A DNA stretch of 64,000 nucleotides from Tubiluchus corallicola (taxonomy: Eukaryota; Animalia; Priapulida): contig JAQGDQ010001078.1 in NCBI GenBank assembly GCA_030141605.1, positions 1 to 64,000 of the forward strand, in the 5' to 3' direction. Position numbers and translations under genes: made by a program. This document shows, in pieces, positions 1 through 12,315 of this stretch; positions within the stretch are counted from its first letter, which is position 1, and every line of letters begins with the position of its first letter. Under the pieces are notes generated by a model. It did no database searches. It had not been told where the DNA came from and worked only from the letters and a program-made list of their open reading frames with translations.

Positions 1-58
1 AACCACTTTAAATTTGATCATAATTGTTCGAATTACTAATTTCTGCATAAATACAGTT

Positions 59-406
59 AAATACAACATTAGAATAACTAAACTTCTGAGCAAACTGTAG
101 AAATTCCCTCAACGCTAACCTCCATCACAGCTTGCCTTCTGGCATTCACTCTGCACAGAAGATACCAGCTGACGTCAAATACAACATTAGAATAACTAAA
201 CTTCTGAGCAAACTGTAGAAATTTCCTCAACACTAACCTCCATCACAGCATGCCCTCTGGCATTCACTCTGCACAGAAGACACCAGCTGACGTCAAATAC
301 AACATTAGAATAACTAAACTTCTGAGCAAACTGTAGAAATTTCCTCAACACTAACCTCCATCACAGCATGCCCTCTGGCATTCACTCTGCACAGAAGATA
401 CCAGCT
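59..406. repeat. 118-bp tandem repeat, about 3 copies
   Basis: aaatacaacattagaataac recurs at 59, 177 and 295 with near-identical intervening sequence. Confidence 0.95.
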
Positions 407-1089
407 TTTACTTTTTTTTCAAATATGAGGGCAACATCGTTCGTACTGCTGGAGATAAACCATCTATGCACGTATGTCGTATTGTGTTTTCAATTTATTA
501 TTACGGATTACATTTATTATTTCTTTAGGTACCTCTTATTCACAATCCATTCATCATCTTATGTGTAATAGCGTTGTTTGTCCTTCTGTTCTTCTAATAA
601 GTTACTTGCAGTATATATGGCTGATGAGGATTTATCAGTTTGGCCTAGACCCACCTCCACGTGCTGCAAATACGGTTACGGTAACGGCAGTGATCAGTTC
701 AGTCTAAAGATTCACCTCCAGTATAAATTTTTTATACTGTACTTATGTAATTAATTAAAACCTCATTTGTTTTTAATTGTAAATTCATTTTCTTGCAACA
801 ATGAACAAGTATTAAAGCATTTCCCAATGACAACAAATGATTTGGGATTGTCTTTCTTTTAGTAGTAAGTTAATCATATAATTATAAGTAGTAATTGTGA
901 ATAAGTATAAAATCTACGAAAAACAAGCGACAATAATTAGACGAGCGCCATCTAGGCATTACAAAATGAAGTTTTCGTGTTAAAACTTTACCAGAAGTTC
1001 CATCATTAGTCCAGCTTTAACAAAAACGATCTTTTTTTTATGTTTGTGAAAACATGTACAATGCATCCAAGAGAAATTGTGCAAACCAG

Positions 1090-1332
1090 TATAAGCCCCT
1101 ACAGCCTGTCTAACTAGGTACAGCACCTGTTTTTTGTGCAATCCGTTAACTAGAGAATTGCGAAATGCATGTAACAGCGAAGAACTAGTGACGCGAACGT
1201 GAAATTGTATTTGTGTGATAATATTTCTTTCACGTAAGTCATTTTTGAAAAAAATAGTAGACTCCCTTTCAATATTTTAAAGAGTAGATTGTTCTGACCC
1301 ACATTTTAAGATTGTGTCAGGTTTTGGTTTAA
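1090..1332 (+). mobile_element. Fragment of a dispersed non-autonomous DNA transposon family (TTAA-type, family B)
   Basis: Shared blocks (cgaaatgcatgtaacagcgaagaactagtgacgcg; ttcaatattttaaagagtagattg) also occur at about 18620-18870 (inverted) and 19190-20390; the copy at about 55000-55330 overlaps its 5' part. Confidence 0.75.
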
Positions 1333-1337
1333 CTTAA

Positions 1338-1761
1338 AGGAAAACTGGACGATTGTTTAGACTAAATCTCACTTTAATTTACTGTTCAAAATATACATTT
1401 TCTTGCCTATAAAAGTTTACAATTGTTTTTTTTTATTTGAATAATTAGCTTAGAAAGTTAATTAATGGCAACCAAACACAGCTATTGCCTACGTCAGAAA
1501 CTAGCCACAGTTTGTGCAATGGCATCTTCCCTTGTGCATCAAGCACGTTTGTCGGCCACGCGAATGTGACCAAAAGGCACCGCTGCCAATCTTAGTAGAT
1601 TCACTGAGCCGTGCATAACTTTGTAAGTTTAATAAAATTTGACTATCCGAGGTAATTATTATTTAATCTAAGCTTTGGTTTAAAATAAACTGTTGTAGTT
1701 TTCAATATATTAGAGCATTCTTTATTCTGAACTAAAATTTACACAATCATCCGGTTTTCCT
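1338..1761. mobile_element. TTAA-flanked MITE with AGG termini (Kolobok/piggyBac-like)
   Basis: TTAA at 1334-1337 and 1762-1765. TIRs are aggaaaactggacgattgt and acaatcatccggttttcct. An inverted partial copy lies at about 43667-43940. Confidence 0.8.
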
Positions 1762-2729
1762 TTAAACATCCGAAAATTCTTGGCAATTTGATATAATTAC
1801 CACTGGAGAAGTATAAGCTGTATACATCGGTATGTCCTCACAGTAAGCGATATGAGCGCAGCTTAATCTGCTAGGCACAGCTGATGCCACGTTATCCTAA
1901 GACACCACAAGCACTAAGGAAGCAACGCTTTTATATACTGAGAGGGCAAAGCTCTGCATTATTTCTTCTTAGCTTTTTGGATGCCGCTTTGTTTACTTTG
2001 TGCAAGCGGCTTGGAAAATAGAATAAAAGCTTATTTGTTTATTTAATATTTATTTAGTAATTATTTAGTAAGTCTATAGTTTTATTTAATATTTTAATTG
2101 TTTTACCTAACTTCAGGTTAAGGAATTTGATTGGAGGTAATGGACTACGTTCAAGTGTGCTGTATAAAATCATCCAATGAATCACACGTCCAGTGACACG
2201 ATTCTGCTCACCTCCCTATGCCAGGACTCCCTACACGCTGCAATGCCCCAAGTGCATTTATTTCTAAGGATCAATGCTGAAGTGTTTAAATCTTTCTGTG
2301 CAAAATCTAAATATGTTAACATTTGTCCTCCTGCAGGTTTTTTTAACTAGTTCTATGGCTTGTTGAAGAGCTATCTTCACTGTTCTTAAACAGTTTGTTG
2401 CAATGGGTGGACGTATTTTTTCAGTTCCGCAATTTAAGTGAAATTTAAACGTGTAAAAGTTCGCGAACTTGACGAAACAAATAGCAGCGTGTTCGGTAAT
2501 GTGTGCTGCATGCAGTGGTAGTGATGAGATTTTATCATGATAACTATAAACGTATGATAACTATATAGTTTCTTTGTGATTACCTATCTGCTAACTGGAA
2601 AACTTGTAAGACAACGACGCTAGAGTAATTACTAATCACTCTAATGTGCAAAACTTGAAGCTTTTGTAGCAGTGCAGGTTACTACGACTGCTGTGTGAGC
2701 TTGCATTGTGACTTAACAAGCTTGCAAAT

Positions 2730-3245
2730 ATGTCAGCTAGGAAATCTTGTCAATCATGCAAGAAAAGTCAAAATCCTGTCAGCCTGCGGGAAAATGGTGA
2801 TATAGTATGCGACCGTTGTGCAAGCCAGAAAGAAAACTTCAGTATTACCTCTGCAATGTGGAGGAATTTAAATAAATGTATTGACGCATTAAGTAAAGAA
2901 ATAAAATCGAAGAGGGCTGAACTAAAGGAACTAAAAGGTAATAATACTGATCTGTCAACTAATATTACAGAATTAAAAACTGAGATTATACAACTTAAGG
3001 ATCAAACACTAAACATGCAACCAGACGAAGTCATTGATAAACTGAATGATATAATAAATGCTCTGGACAAGAAAATGAACAATCCCAAGCCAACATACAG
3101 TGCAATGGTAGGCACCCAAAGTTCTACAGATCTACAAGCAGATCATCAATATACATACAAAATAATAGTGGTGAAAGCACAGCCCCCTGTGGTAACCATT
3201 TGTAACAGTAAAAGTGGAAGAGGATTTACCACCTCAATTCACTAG
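2730..3245 (+). mobile_element. LINE ORF1-like 5' fragment (Cys-pair zinc finger plus coiled coil)
   Basis: Intronless 171-aa ORF with CxxC...CxxC, a long heptad coiled coil and a TYSAMVG motif, as in CR1/L2-type ORF1. It is truncated and no ORF2 follows. Confidence 0.5.
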
Positions 3246-3329
3246 TAACAACAATCTAGTAGGCTATAGTGGAACATTACTTACGTTTGATAAATATTAC
3301 TCCATTAAATTATTAGCGTTGATTATTAG

Positions 3330-4096
3330 GTATATTACGTGGAAATCTCATTACGTTGTTATGACATCGCAGGCCAGGAAAAACGTTTTCTGTTTAACTG
3401 TTATAATAATTAGTTTGAAAGCAACAATGTCCGATGTAAAAGAATTGCCATATTTGTCAGCAAGCAGGACAAACCTCAGTGCACGGTGAATTAATTGATT
3501 AATTATCATGGACATTAGGTAAATGCAAGTGTAACTGACTGTACTAGTGAAAGTAAATTTGAATCAGAATTCAAACGCAGTAGTAGTGGCATTTATCGCA
3601 CATCAAGCATATTCGTTAAACATGTGACAGTCGTTAAACTGTATACTGTAGTGTGATGGGCGTTCAATTAGATAAAGTTTTGCAGATAAAGAAATTCTAA
3701 GTTGACGCAGTTAACGCAGACACAAAACTAGCAGATTGTTGACAATGAATGATCAACTGACACGATCACTAATTGATAATGAATAAAATGGTCAAATCAA
3801 AGTTTAATTTGTGTAATGTTGTTCCGAGGTTCATCAAGCAGAGTTATTTCACTCCGATGTGTGGTCACCTCGATAACATAGCGATGTCGTTATTGTTGTG
3901 TCTAGTTTTTTTCTTACGTGAAAAGGTTTGAAACATCATTCTTGAAGTTTTACATTTTTTATTGCTAATTTAAAATATTTCCCCTAGTTAGAAAGAATGG
4001 TACGCTGAAGTACCTGCGATACTGTTACCAGTGGACATGGCCAACTTGCTTTTCTAACGATTATAACAAATACAGCAACATCAAACGTGTTTAAAG
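3330..4096 (+). pseudogene. Degraded Arf-like small GTPase exon fragments
   Basis: From 3330: VYYVEISLRCYDIAGQEK (G3 DxxGQ), then IAIFVSKQDKP (G4 NKQD-like) ending at a gtgaat donor. From 3988: KEWYAE / TCDTVTSGHG, resembling Arf WYIQxTCAxSGxG, ending at gtaagt. Stops and a frameshift are present. Confidence 0.4.
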
Positions 4097-6115
4097 TAAG
4101 TGAAATGTTTTCAGCCACGTATTTCTTATTTATAGTTATTTACAATGCTACTAAAGGATTAACGTTACAAGCAACAAGGTTTCATCGTGAAGTGATAGGT
4201 TCTTTCAGGGCAGCAAGCGGTTAGTCTAAGAATAAACTTTCATATCCAAATTAGTAGAAATATTGACTAACTAACATTTGAGTTTAAAAAAGCAGCATCC
4301 ATGTTTCGAACACTTTAGCTGTTTAAGGAGACTGGTTGCATCAATAACTCAGGCTGCGGGCAAAACTCTGCAGGATGGTATGTCATGTGAAAACCTTTAA
4401 AGACGATACATGTTCTTTCTCAGCTTAGCACCTGTATAACCCTTCGCATCGGTTACGGATGTGGAGACAGAGAGTGCCTCTAAGCCTACTATATTGTAAA
4501 GATGACTCTTGCCTAATAATATGAATTTTTTTACGTCAAGTATCAACCAATTTTTTACAAAAACATGTAAGCCTGTGCGAACAAGCAAGATTAAAAAAAT
4601 ATTATTTATAAAAAAACTTTATTGTAATCCATATTGATTGGGAAGGACGTTAGTTTTTTTTTACAATACAGCAAGTCTTATGAGAATTCTCTGCCTTCAC
4701 ATCCTTACCCATTTACTGATGAAATATTATTATCATTTTATTTACTCCAATAGATTGAAAATATGACACATCAGCTCAGAGCAGTTTGAATGTCTGTGTT
4801 TCATTTAGTGAAAATATTACAAAATTTTGAGTACTCGGTTGTTAATAAAGTTTATCTCAATGTTGCTGGTTCATCAGAACTGCATATTTCTGTTACTCAA
4901 ACACTGCTGGCCAAACGCATAGTTTAAATTGCTGATAAGGTCTACATTTATGTATATAGATATATATATTAACAAAAAGACTAGAGCAAAACACACACAC
5001 AGCAAGTATATTTCAGCATAAATTTCATTTAGATATACGGTATCTTCATCAGAACAAAGGAATTGACTAAGGAAAATATTATTTATATAATTGTATATAT
5101 ATATATATATATATATTCTTGTGGTTCCTACTATGAACAATTAAATAACTATATAAAACAGTGAAATCTCTTCTACCACAAATATCTGTCAAATTTTTAG
5201 TATGTGTCCATAAGAATTTAAGGGTAAATTTAAATTATAAAATATAATCACTCCATAATGATACAAACTTGTATTCTTTATTTTGTAAATCAGAGATGTG
5301 AAGATTAAATAATATGGAGAAAAATTACATTTCTATTTCACAAATCTTTCTTCGTCGAACTTCTGTTACTACTTCCGCATTAAGGGAAACATCGCGATTT
5401 AATAAATCAAACAAAATCTTGTTAAAAAAAAACTCTCCTGCGGCAACGATAATTTTTGTGCTAGAGCGAAACTGAAAAGAGACCATAATTCGTTTAATAT
5501 TTGTTTAATTCTATATTAACTGTTGCAGCAACAGTTTGTAATTCCATTACAGAATTTCAGTCGACAGGAAACTAGTGATTATGTTACATGAATTATTTAG
5601 TCTACGTTGTCGTAAATTGGATATGAACATGCCCATCTAAGCTTTAATTAGTTTAGCAGAAGATACGATGTAATTTCCTAATAGTGTACAGCAGTCCAAG
5701 CTTGTTGCAGTCAAGACTTTGATAAAAATTGAAGTAGAAAAAACAAGATTTCTGGCAGAAATGCAAGGAGTGCAACTAGTTCAAGATCTTGTACTTCGTT
5801 ACAAGTTGTTAGTCAGAGATTAACAGTCAAACACAAAATTGATAAAGTGTGACTGTTATGTAACGCAGGTTGATTGACCCTCAGTCATTAGTCCAGCTCA
5901 TTTCTGAGAAATTTTACCAAACCGAAACAGCCAAATAACCTTGTACAAGAAAGACGTTAACCATTTAGCTGGAACAGCAGTTCTGCAAAGCTAAATTTAG
6001 CTTTGATATGATATGATAAATTCATTTTTTGTGACCTTTTTGCTACAATACACAGTGTATTAGCTAAGTTTCTTTACTTTCAGACTAGCATTCAGACTAA
6101 CGATTTTTCTCTAGT

Positions 6116-6310
6116 GAGTTTTCGCTCTGAGTGTAAACTCCTAAGTGTCAACGGCTTTGCGAATTCCGTCGGCAAGACAGGTTTTCGCAAACTCTCCGAG
6201 AGTTGTTGCGAGTTCTCTCCGACAGAAGGCGCGAGTTCACACTCAGTAAAACTCGCGACAGTTCTCGCAAAGCTGTTCACACTTGTGAGTTTACTCTCAG
6301 AGGAGAACTC
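6116..6310. mobile_element. Palindromic MITE-like element with about 46-bp inverted arms
   Basis: gagttttcgctctgagtgtaaactcctaagtgtcaacggctttgcga (6116-6162) is the approximate reverse complement of 6265-6310. Confidence 0.6.
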
Positions 6311-7406
6311 GCCAGCCCGAAGGCGCCGTTATATATCAAAACAAGTTTTAAGCATTTGTTCTTTGTTTAAATTTTCTCTTAATTGATGACCTTGTCCTTA
6401 AATAATTGAATTGCTGCGTCTAAAGCTGACATCCCTAAGCAACAAACGAACTCGTCAGATTTCAAACAGATGATCTCATCACGATTCTCAATCTGAAGAG
6501 AAAGTAGAATCTCACAATGTATTGCGCGCGACTCAGTAGTGATAACACAATTTGTCTGGCCGTGAGTTGCATTCACAAAAATCGTATGATTGTGGAAGAA
6601 GTTCTTTAGAAAGGGCTTCTAACTAGAGGAAAAGAAACAGTTCTATTACGTCTGGTTGGAGAAATAGTTGTAAAGTTATTAAGATTGAATTAGGGTACAG
6701 CTTCATCACAAGGAGCTGTGTGGTCTAGTGGTCGCCAGGATTGCAATCTAAAGTCCCCGGTTCTAATCCAAGCTTTGTTCATATAGTTTGTTTCAAAAAT
6801 TATTAATTGCGATCATTTTCACACAGAAAGTACACAATAAATCATACATAGTGTACCCAAGGTAGTGTCAGGTGTACCCAATTTTTCAAAAACAAGGTTT
6901 TTTTATTATGTGCAGAAGCAGTTGAAAGTACCGATGAAAAAACATGGTTTTTGATTACTGACATATAAGTACATATGTGCAAAAAATGAAGACTAAAACA
7001 GGTAATATATTAACTTGTGTGTTTTACAAATTGCAGGGTCTGCCTAGCCAAAAAAGTGCGTCCCATAACAGGTGGTTGTTCTTTAAACCTAACATAAAAT
7101 TTTAATTACTGCAATCGTGCTGTAACCACACAAACCAGCGCAACAAATTCGTAATGCCATTTGCAATTAATTTTGAAGTTTCACTCACATCTAAAGTGAA
7201 TTAGACTTGTGCTGCATTGGGATTTTCGGTAATTCCAATATTTTTTGAAGAATGCTCATTTAATAACGAAAAGGAAATGTTTGAAGTGAAGGTCTTGCTA
7301 ACTATTCATTTAATCCACATGGGATTGTTCACTGTAACTTTCTGTGAAAACCAGTAATGGAAATTTGTCTGTCTCGTGCCGCCATGCACGCGATTGCGCA
7401 GGCGCG

Positions 7407-8075
7407 AAAATAAAAGAGGAGTAACGAAAGTGAAGGAGAAGTAGAAAAAGTAAAAGAGAAATAAGAAAGTAAAAGACAATTAAAGAAAGCAAAGGAGAAG
7501 AAAAGAAGCAAAGAGGAAGTAAAGAAAGTAAAAGAGAGATAAGAAAGTAAAGGAGAAGTAAAGGAGAAATTGAGAAAGTAAAAGAGAAGAAAAGAAAGCA
7601 AAAGAGAAGAAAAGAAAGTAAAAGAGAAGTAAAGAAAGTAAAGAGCAATAAACAAAGGGAAGAAGTAGAGAAAGTAAAACAGAATTAAGGAAAATAAAAC
7701 ACATGTAAAGAAAATAAAAGTAAAGAAAGTAAAAGAGAAGCAAAGAAAGTAAAAGAAAAGTAAAAAAGTAAAGGAGCAGTAAAGAAAGTAAAATTAGTAA
7801 CGAAAGTAAGAGTGGCAAAGAAAGCAAAGGAGAAGTAAAGAAAGAAAAAGAGAAGTACAGAAAGTAAAAGAAAAGTAAAAAAGTAAAGAAAAATTAAAGA
7901 AAGTAAAAGGAAAGCAAAGAAAAGAAAAGTTAATAAAGCAAAGGAGAAGTAAAGAAAGTAAAAGAGAAGTAAAGAAATTAAAAGAGAAGTAAAGAAAGTA
8001 AAGAAGTAAAGAAAGTAAAGAAGTAAAGAAAGTAAAGAAGTAAAGAAAGTTCAGGAGAAGTAAAGAAAGCAAGGA
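7407..8075. repeat. Purine-rich low-complexity tract (AAAG/AAGTAA variants)
   Basis: Direct inspection. The overlapping F/L/S-rich ORFs are artefacts of the tract. Confidence 0.95.
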
Positions 8076-8427
8076 GCATGTAAAGTAATTCTTGCATTTT
8101 GTATTTTATAACACAGCCCATAATAAAGCACAGAACTAAACAACATCAAATAGGAAGTATATACTGTTAAATGTACTTTCTTAACTATGATAACTAAAGT
8201 ACTATGTTAACTAACTATGTTTAAATTAGAAAATGATTTGGACAACATAGACGTATGAATCAATAGTCATCGTGAACTCGTGAATGTTTTCCATAGCCTA
8301 TAGAGCTTGCGAGAACTCAGTATATTTGTACAGCTAAAGATGCGTTTAAGTAAGTCGACAACAGATGGCAGCACGTGTTCGGAACAAGGACAATTTGTCG
8401 TAGGGAATTCTACCGTTAAAATACGAC

Positions 8428-8645
8428 GTATATATTAATTTCGCTGGTATGGACTTAAAATAAGCAAGTTTCGAGGCTACAGTACCGACGACGGCACCAT
8501 TTGCGGCGACCTGTATTTCAAACGAAAGGTCTCGATCTAGTGTGGTCCCATTGGGTGTTAAGTTTTCGAATCGGGCCCACCAGGAGGAACGGGAGGTGAA
8601 AGACCTCCAAAAATGCCCATTTTCGGCCGTTTTTTGCAAAAAATT
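8428..8645 (+). mobile_element. 5' fragment of the Helitron-like family found at 27620-28819
   Basis: Shares ccatttgcggcgacc...aaacgaaaggtctcgatctagtgtg...ttttcgaatcgggcccacc with the reverse complement of 27780-27990 and 28590-28800. Confidence 0.75.
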
Positions 8646-9280
8646 GCAAGACTTATACCTCTTATTTCTAGAGAATGTGAATAACGAATAACAGCCAGTT
8701 TATTGGTGTTTCCGCCTCACGGCTCGAACACCTAACCCTTTGGTGTGTCAGTGCCCTTTAATCACTTTCTGTCGCCACAGTAATTAAGTCTTGACTTCGA
8801 TTGTTAATATATGTTCGTCGGAAGCCATATTCGACGACTTCACTGGCTTAGCACGTTCAACACAGTGTGTTGAACCTGGTTTCAATTTCTAGAACAGGTA
8901 AAACTGGGTGATCTTGTCCTTTAACACGACGGTTCATTGGCCAGATAGCCTGTTCAGTTGAGCGTATGACCAATCATTTACTTTCTTGTAAAGGAGATCT
9001 AGGACAGGTATGAGGTGGGACCCTTCCCAGAGCTAACTAGGTGCATGCTCATATATGTACAGTCACAACTTGCTTTATTGCAGTAGGTAAATTCGCTTAA
9101 TGAGTAATTAACTAATGACTCATTTAATTAACATAAGTAATTAGCTAACTTAAGCTATTAATGCAGCCTAAGTATGGGACATACACAAAATCATACTAGA
9201 ATACAGTTCTACTATATTAGAAAGGGTTGCAATGCTGCTCGGTAGTTCTTATATTCCAGACTGACGTCACGGACGTCACA

Positions 9281-12217
9281 GAGTGCTTAACTAAGCGCAG
9301 AAAGGACCTGCTCCACAAATCCAGTAGTCGAGTATTCATTATTGAGTGCTTAACTAAACGCAGAAAGGACCTGCTCCACAAGTCCAGTAGTCGAGTACTC
9401 ATTATTGAGTGTTTAACTAAACGCAGAAAGGACCTGCTCCACAAATCCAGTAGTCGAGTATTCATTATTGAGTGCTTAACTAAGCACAGAAAGGAATTGC
9501 TCCACAAGTCCAGTAGTCGAGTATTCATTATTGAGTGCTTAACTAAACGCAGAAAGGACCTGCTCCACAAGTCCAGTAGTCGAGTATTCATTATTGACTA
9601 TTGAGTCCTTAACTAAACGCTGAAAGGAATTGCTCCACAACTCCAGTAGTCGAGTATTCATTATTGAGTGCTTAACTAAACGCTGAAAGGAATTGCTCCA
9701 CAACTCCAGTAGTCGAGTATTCATTAGAGTGCTTAACTAAACGCTGAAAGGAATTGCTCCACAACTCCAGTAGTCGAGTATTCATCATTGAGTGCTTAAC
9801 TAAACGCTGAAAGGAATTGCTCCACAACTCCAGTAGTCGAGTATTCATTATTGAGTGCTTAACTAAACGCTGAAAGGAATTGCTCCACAACTCCAGTAGT
9901 CGAGTATTCATTATTGAGTGCTTAACTAAACGCTGAAAGGAATTGCTCCACAAATCCAGTAGTCGAGTATTCATTATTGAGTCCTTAACTAAACGCTGAA
10001 AAGAATTGCTCCACAACTCCAGTAGTCGAGTATTCATTATTGAGTGCTTAACTAAACGCTGAAAGGAATTGCTCCACAACTCCAGTAGTCGAGTATTCAT
10101 TATTGAGTGCTTAACTAAACGCTGAAAGGAACTGCTCCACAAATCCAGTAGTCGAGTATTCATTATTGAGTGCTTAACTAAACGCTGAAAGGAATTGCTC
10201 CACAACTCCAGTAGTCGAGTATTCATTATTGAGTGCTTAACTAAACGCTGAAAGGAATTGCTCCACAACTCCAGTAGTCGAGTATTCATTATTGAGTGCT
10301 TAACTAAACGCTGAAAAGAACTGCTCCACAAATCCAGTAGTCGAGTATTCATTAGAGTGCTTAACTAAACGCTGAAAGGAATTGCTCCACAACTCCAGTA
10401 GTCGAGTATTCATCATTGAGTGCTTAACTAAACGCTGAAAGGAATTGCTCCACAAATCCAGTAGTCGAGTATTCATTATTGAGTGCTTAACTAAACGCTG
10501 AAAGGACCTGCTCCACAAATCCAGTAGTCGAGTACTCATTATTGAGTGCTTAACTAAACGCTGAAAGGAATTGCTCCACAAGTCCAGTAGTCGAGTATTC
10601 ATTATTGAGTGCTTAACTAAACGCTGAAATGAATTGCTCCACAACTCCAGTAGTCGAGTATTCATTATTGAGTGCTTAAATAAACGCTGAAAGGAATTGC
10701 TCCACAAATCCAGTAGTCGAGTATTCATTATTGAGTGCTTAACTAAACCCTGAGAGGAATTGCTCCACAAGTCCAGTAGTCGAGTATTCATTATTGAGTG
10801 CTTAACTAAGCACAGAAAGGACCTGCTCCACAACTCCAGTAGTCGAGTATTCATTATTGAGTCCTTAACTAAACGCTGAAATGAATTGCTCCACAACTCC
10901 AGTAGTCGAGTATTCATTATTGAGTGCTTAAATAAACGCTGAAAGGAATTGCTCCACAAATCCAGTAGTCGAGTATTCATTATTGAGTGCTTAACTAAAC
11001 CCTGAGAGGAATTGCTCCACAAGTCCAGTAGTCGAGTATTCATTACTGAGTGCTTAAATAAACGCTGAAAGGAATTGCTCCACAAATCCAGTAGTCGAGT
11101 ATTCATTATTGAGTGCTTAACTAAACGCCGAAAGGAATTGCTCCACAAGTCCAGTAGTCGAGTATTCATTACTGAGTGCTTAAATAAACGCTGAAAGGAA
11201 TTGCTCCACAAATCCAGTAGTCGAGTATTCATTATTGAGTGCTTAATTAAACGCTGAAAGGAATTGCTCCACAAATCCAGTAGTCGAGTATTCATTATTG
11301 AGTGCTTAACTAAACGCCGAAAGGAATTGCTCCACAAGTCCAGTAGTCGAGTATTCATTACTGAGTGCTTAACTAAACGCTGAAAAGAACTGCTCCACAA
11401 ATCCAGTAGTCGAGTATTCATTATTGAGTGCTTAACTAAACGCTGAAAGGAATTGCTCCACAACTACAGTAGTCGAGTATTCATTATTGAGTGCTTAACT
11501 AAACGCTGAAAGGAACTGCTCCACAAATCCAGTAGTCGAGTATTCATTATTGAGTGCTTAACTAAGCGCAGAAAGGCCCTGCTCCACAAGTTCAGTAGTC
11601 GAGTATTCATTATTGAGTGCTTAACTAAGCGCAGAAAGGACCTGCTCCACAAGTTCAGTAGTCGAGGATTCATCATTGAGTGCTTAACTAAACCCTGAAA
11701 GGACCTGCTCCACAAATCCAGTAGTCGAGTATTCATTATTGAGTGCTTAACTAAACGCTGAAAGGAATTGCTCCACAAATCCAGTAGTCGAGTATTCATT
11801 ATTGAGTGCTTAACTAAACGCTGAAAGGACCTGCTCCACAAATCCAGTAGTCGAGTATTCATCATTGAGTGCTTAACTAAACGCTGAAAGGAAGTGCTCC
11901 ACAAATCCAGTTGTCGAGTATTCATTAGAGTGCTTAACTAAACGCTGAAAGGAACTGCTCCACAAGTCCAGTAGTCGAGTATTCATTATTGAGTGTTTAA
12001 CTAAACGCTGAAAGAACCTGCTCCACAAGTTCAGTAGCCGAGTATTCATTATTGAGTGCTTAACTAAACGCTGAAAGGACCTGCTCCACAAGTCCAGTAG
12101 TCGAGTATTCATTATTGAGTGCTTAACTAAACGCTGAAAGGACCTGCTCCACAAGTCCAGTAGTCGAGTATTCATTATTGAGTGCTTAACTAAGCGCAGA
12201 AAGGACCTGCTCCACAA
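9281..12217. repeat. 63-bp tandem satellite, about 46-47 copies, derived from LINE ORF1 coding sequence
   Basis: Unit gagtgcttaactaaacgctgaaaggaattgctccacaactccagtagtcgagtattcattatt. Edge units translate SSRVFIIECLTKRRKDLLH and continue in frame into the unique right flank. Confidence 0.97.
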
Positions 12218-12315
12218 TTGCTTTGAAATTAAAAAGCAGCTCAGCTATAAGTTCGTTTGGAACCAGGGCGAGTGAAAGCCTTTGAAATAAAATCTGAGGA
12301 CGACCTAAATTAACT
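12181..12315 (+). mobile_element. LINE ORF1 C-terminal remnant (FP-protein C-terminal-like)
   Basis: CLTKRRKDLLHNCFEIKKQLSYKFVWNQG, then in a shifted frame KAFEIKSEDDLN*. This matches the IxExLT..R..L...KK...YKFVW...I.S..DL pattern at the end of CR1/L2-type ORF1. Confidence 0.6.

Noticed and set aside
5692-5805. KLVAVKTL...EKTRFLAE resembling tyrosine-kinase subdomains II-III
   Set aside because: The match is short and isolated. No downstream HRD/DFG exons were found, and the SDVWS-like string at about 3850 is on the wrong side.
6713-6790. tRNA-like sequence (also at about 26755-26795 and 32670-32745)
   Set aside because: A/B boxes are present but there is no complete cloverleaf or acceptor stem. 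These are SINE heads, not tRNA genes.
7310-8072. Hydrophobic F/L/S ORFs resembling membrane proteins (likewise 25633-26490, 30200-30647, 32892-34460, 41650-42012, 43066-43605, 58905-59583)
   Set aside because: They are translations of microsatellite or minisatellite DNA with no splice or domain support.
9281-12217. Regular 63-bp period suggesting a CRISPR array or a long repeat-protein gene
   Set aside because: There are no unique spacers, the whole unit repeats, no cas genes are present and the context is eukaryotic. The minus-strand ORFs are antisense to the LINE-derived frame.
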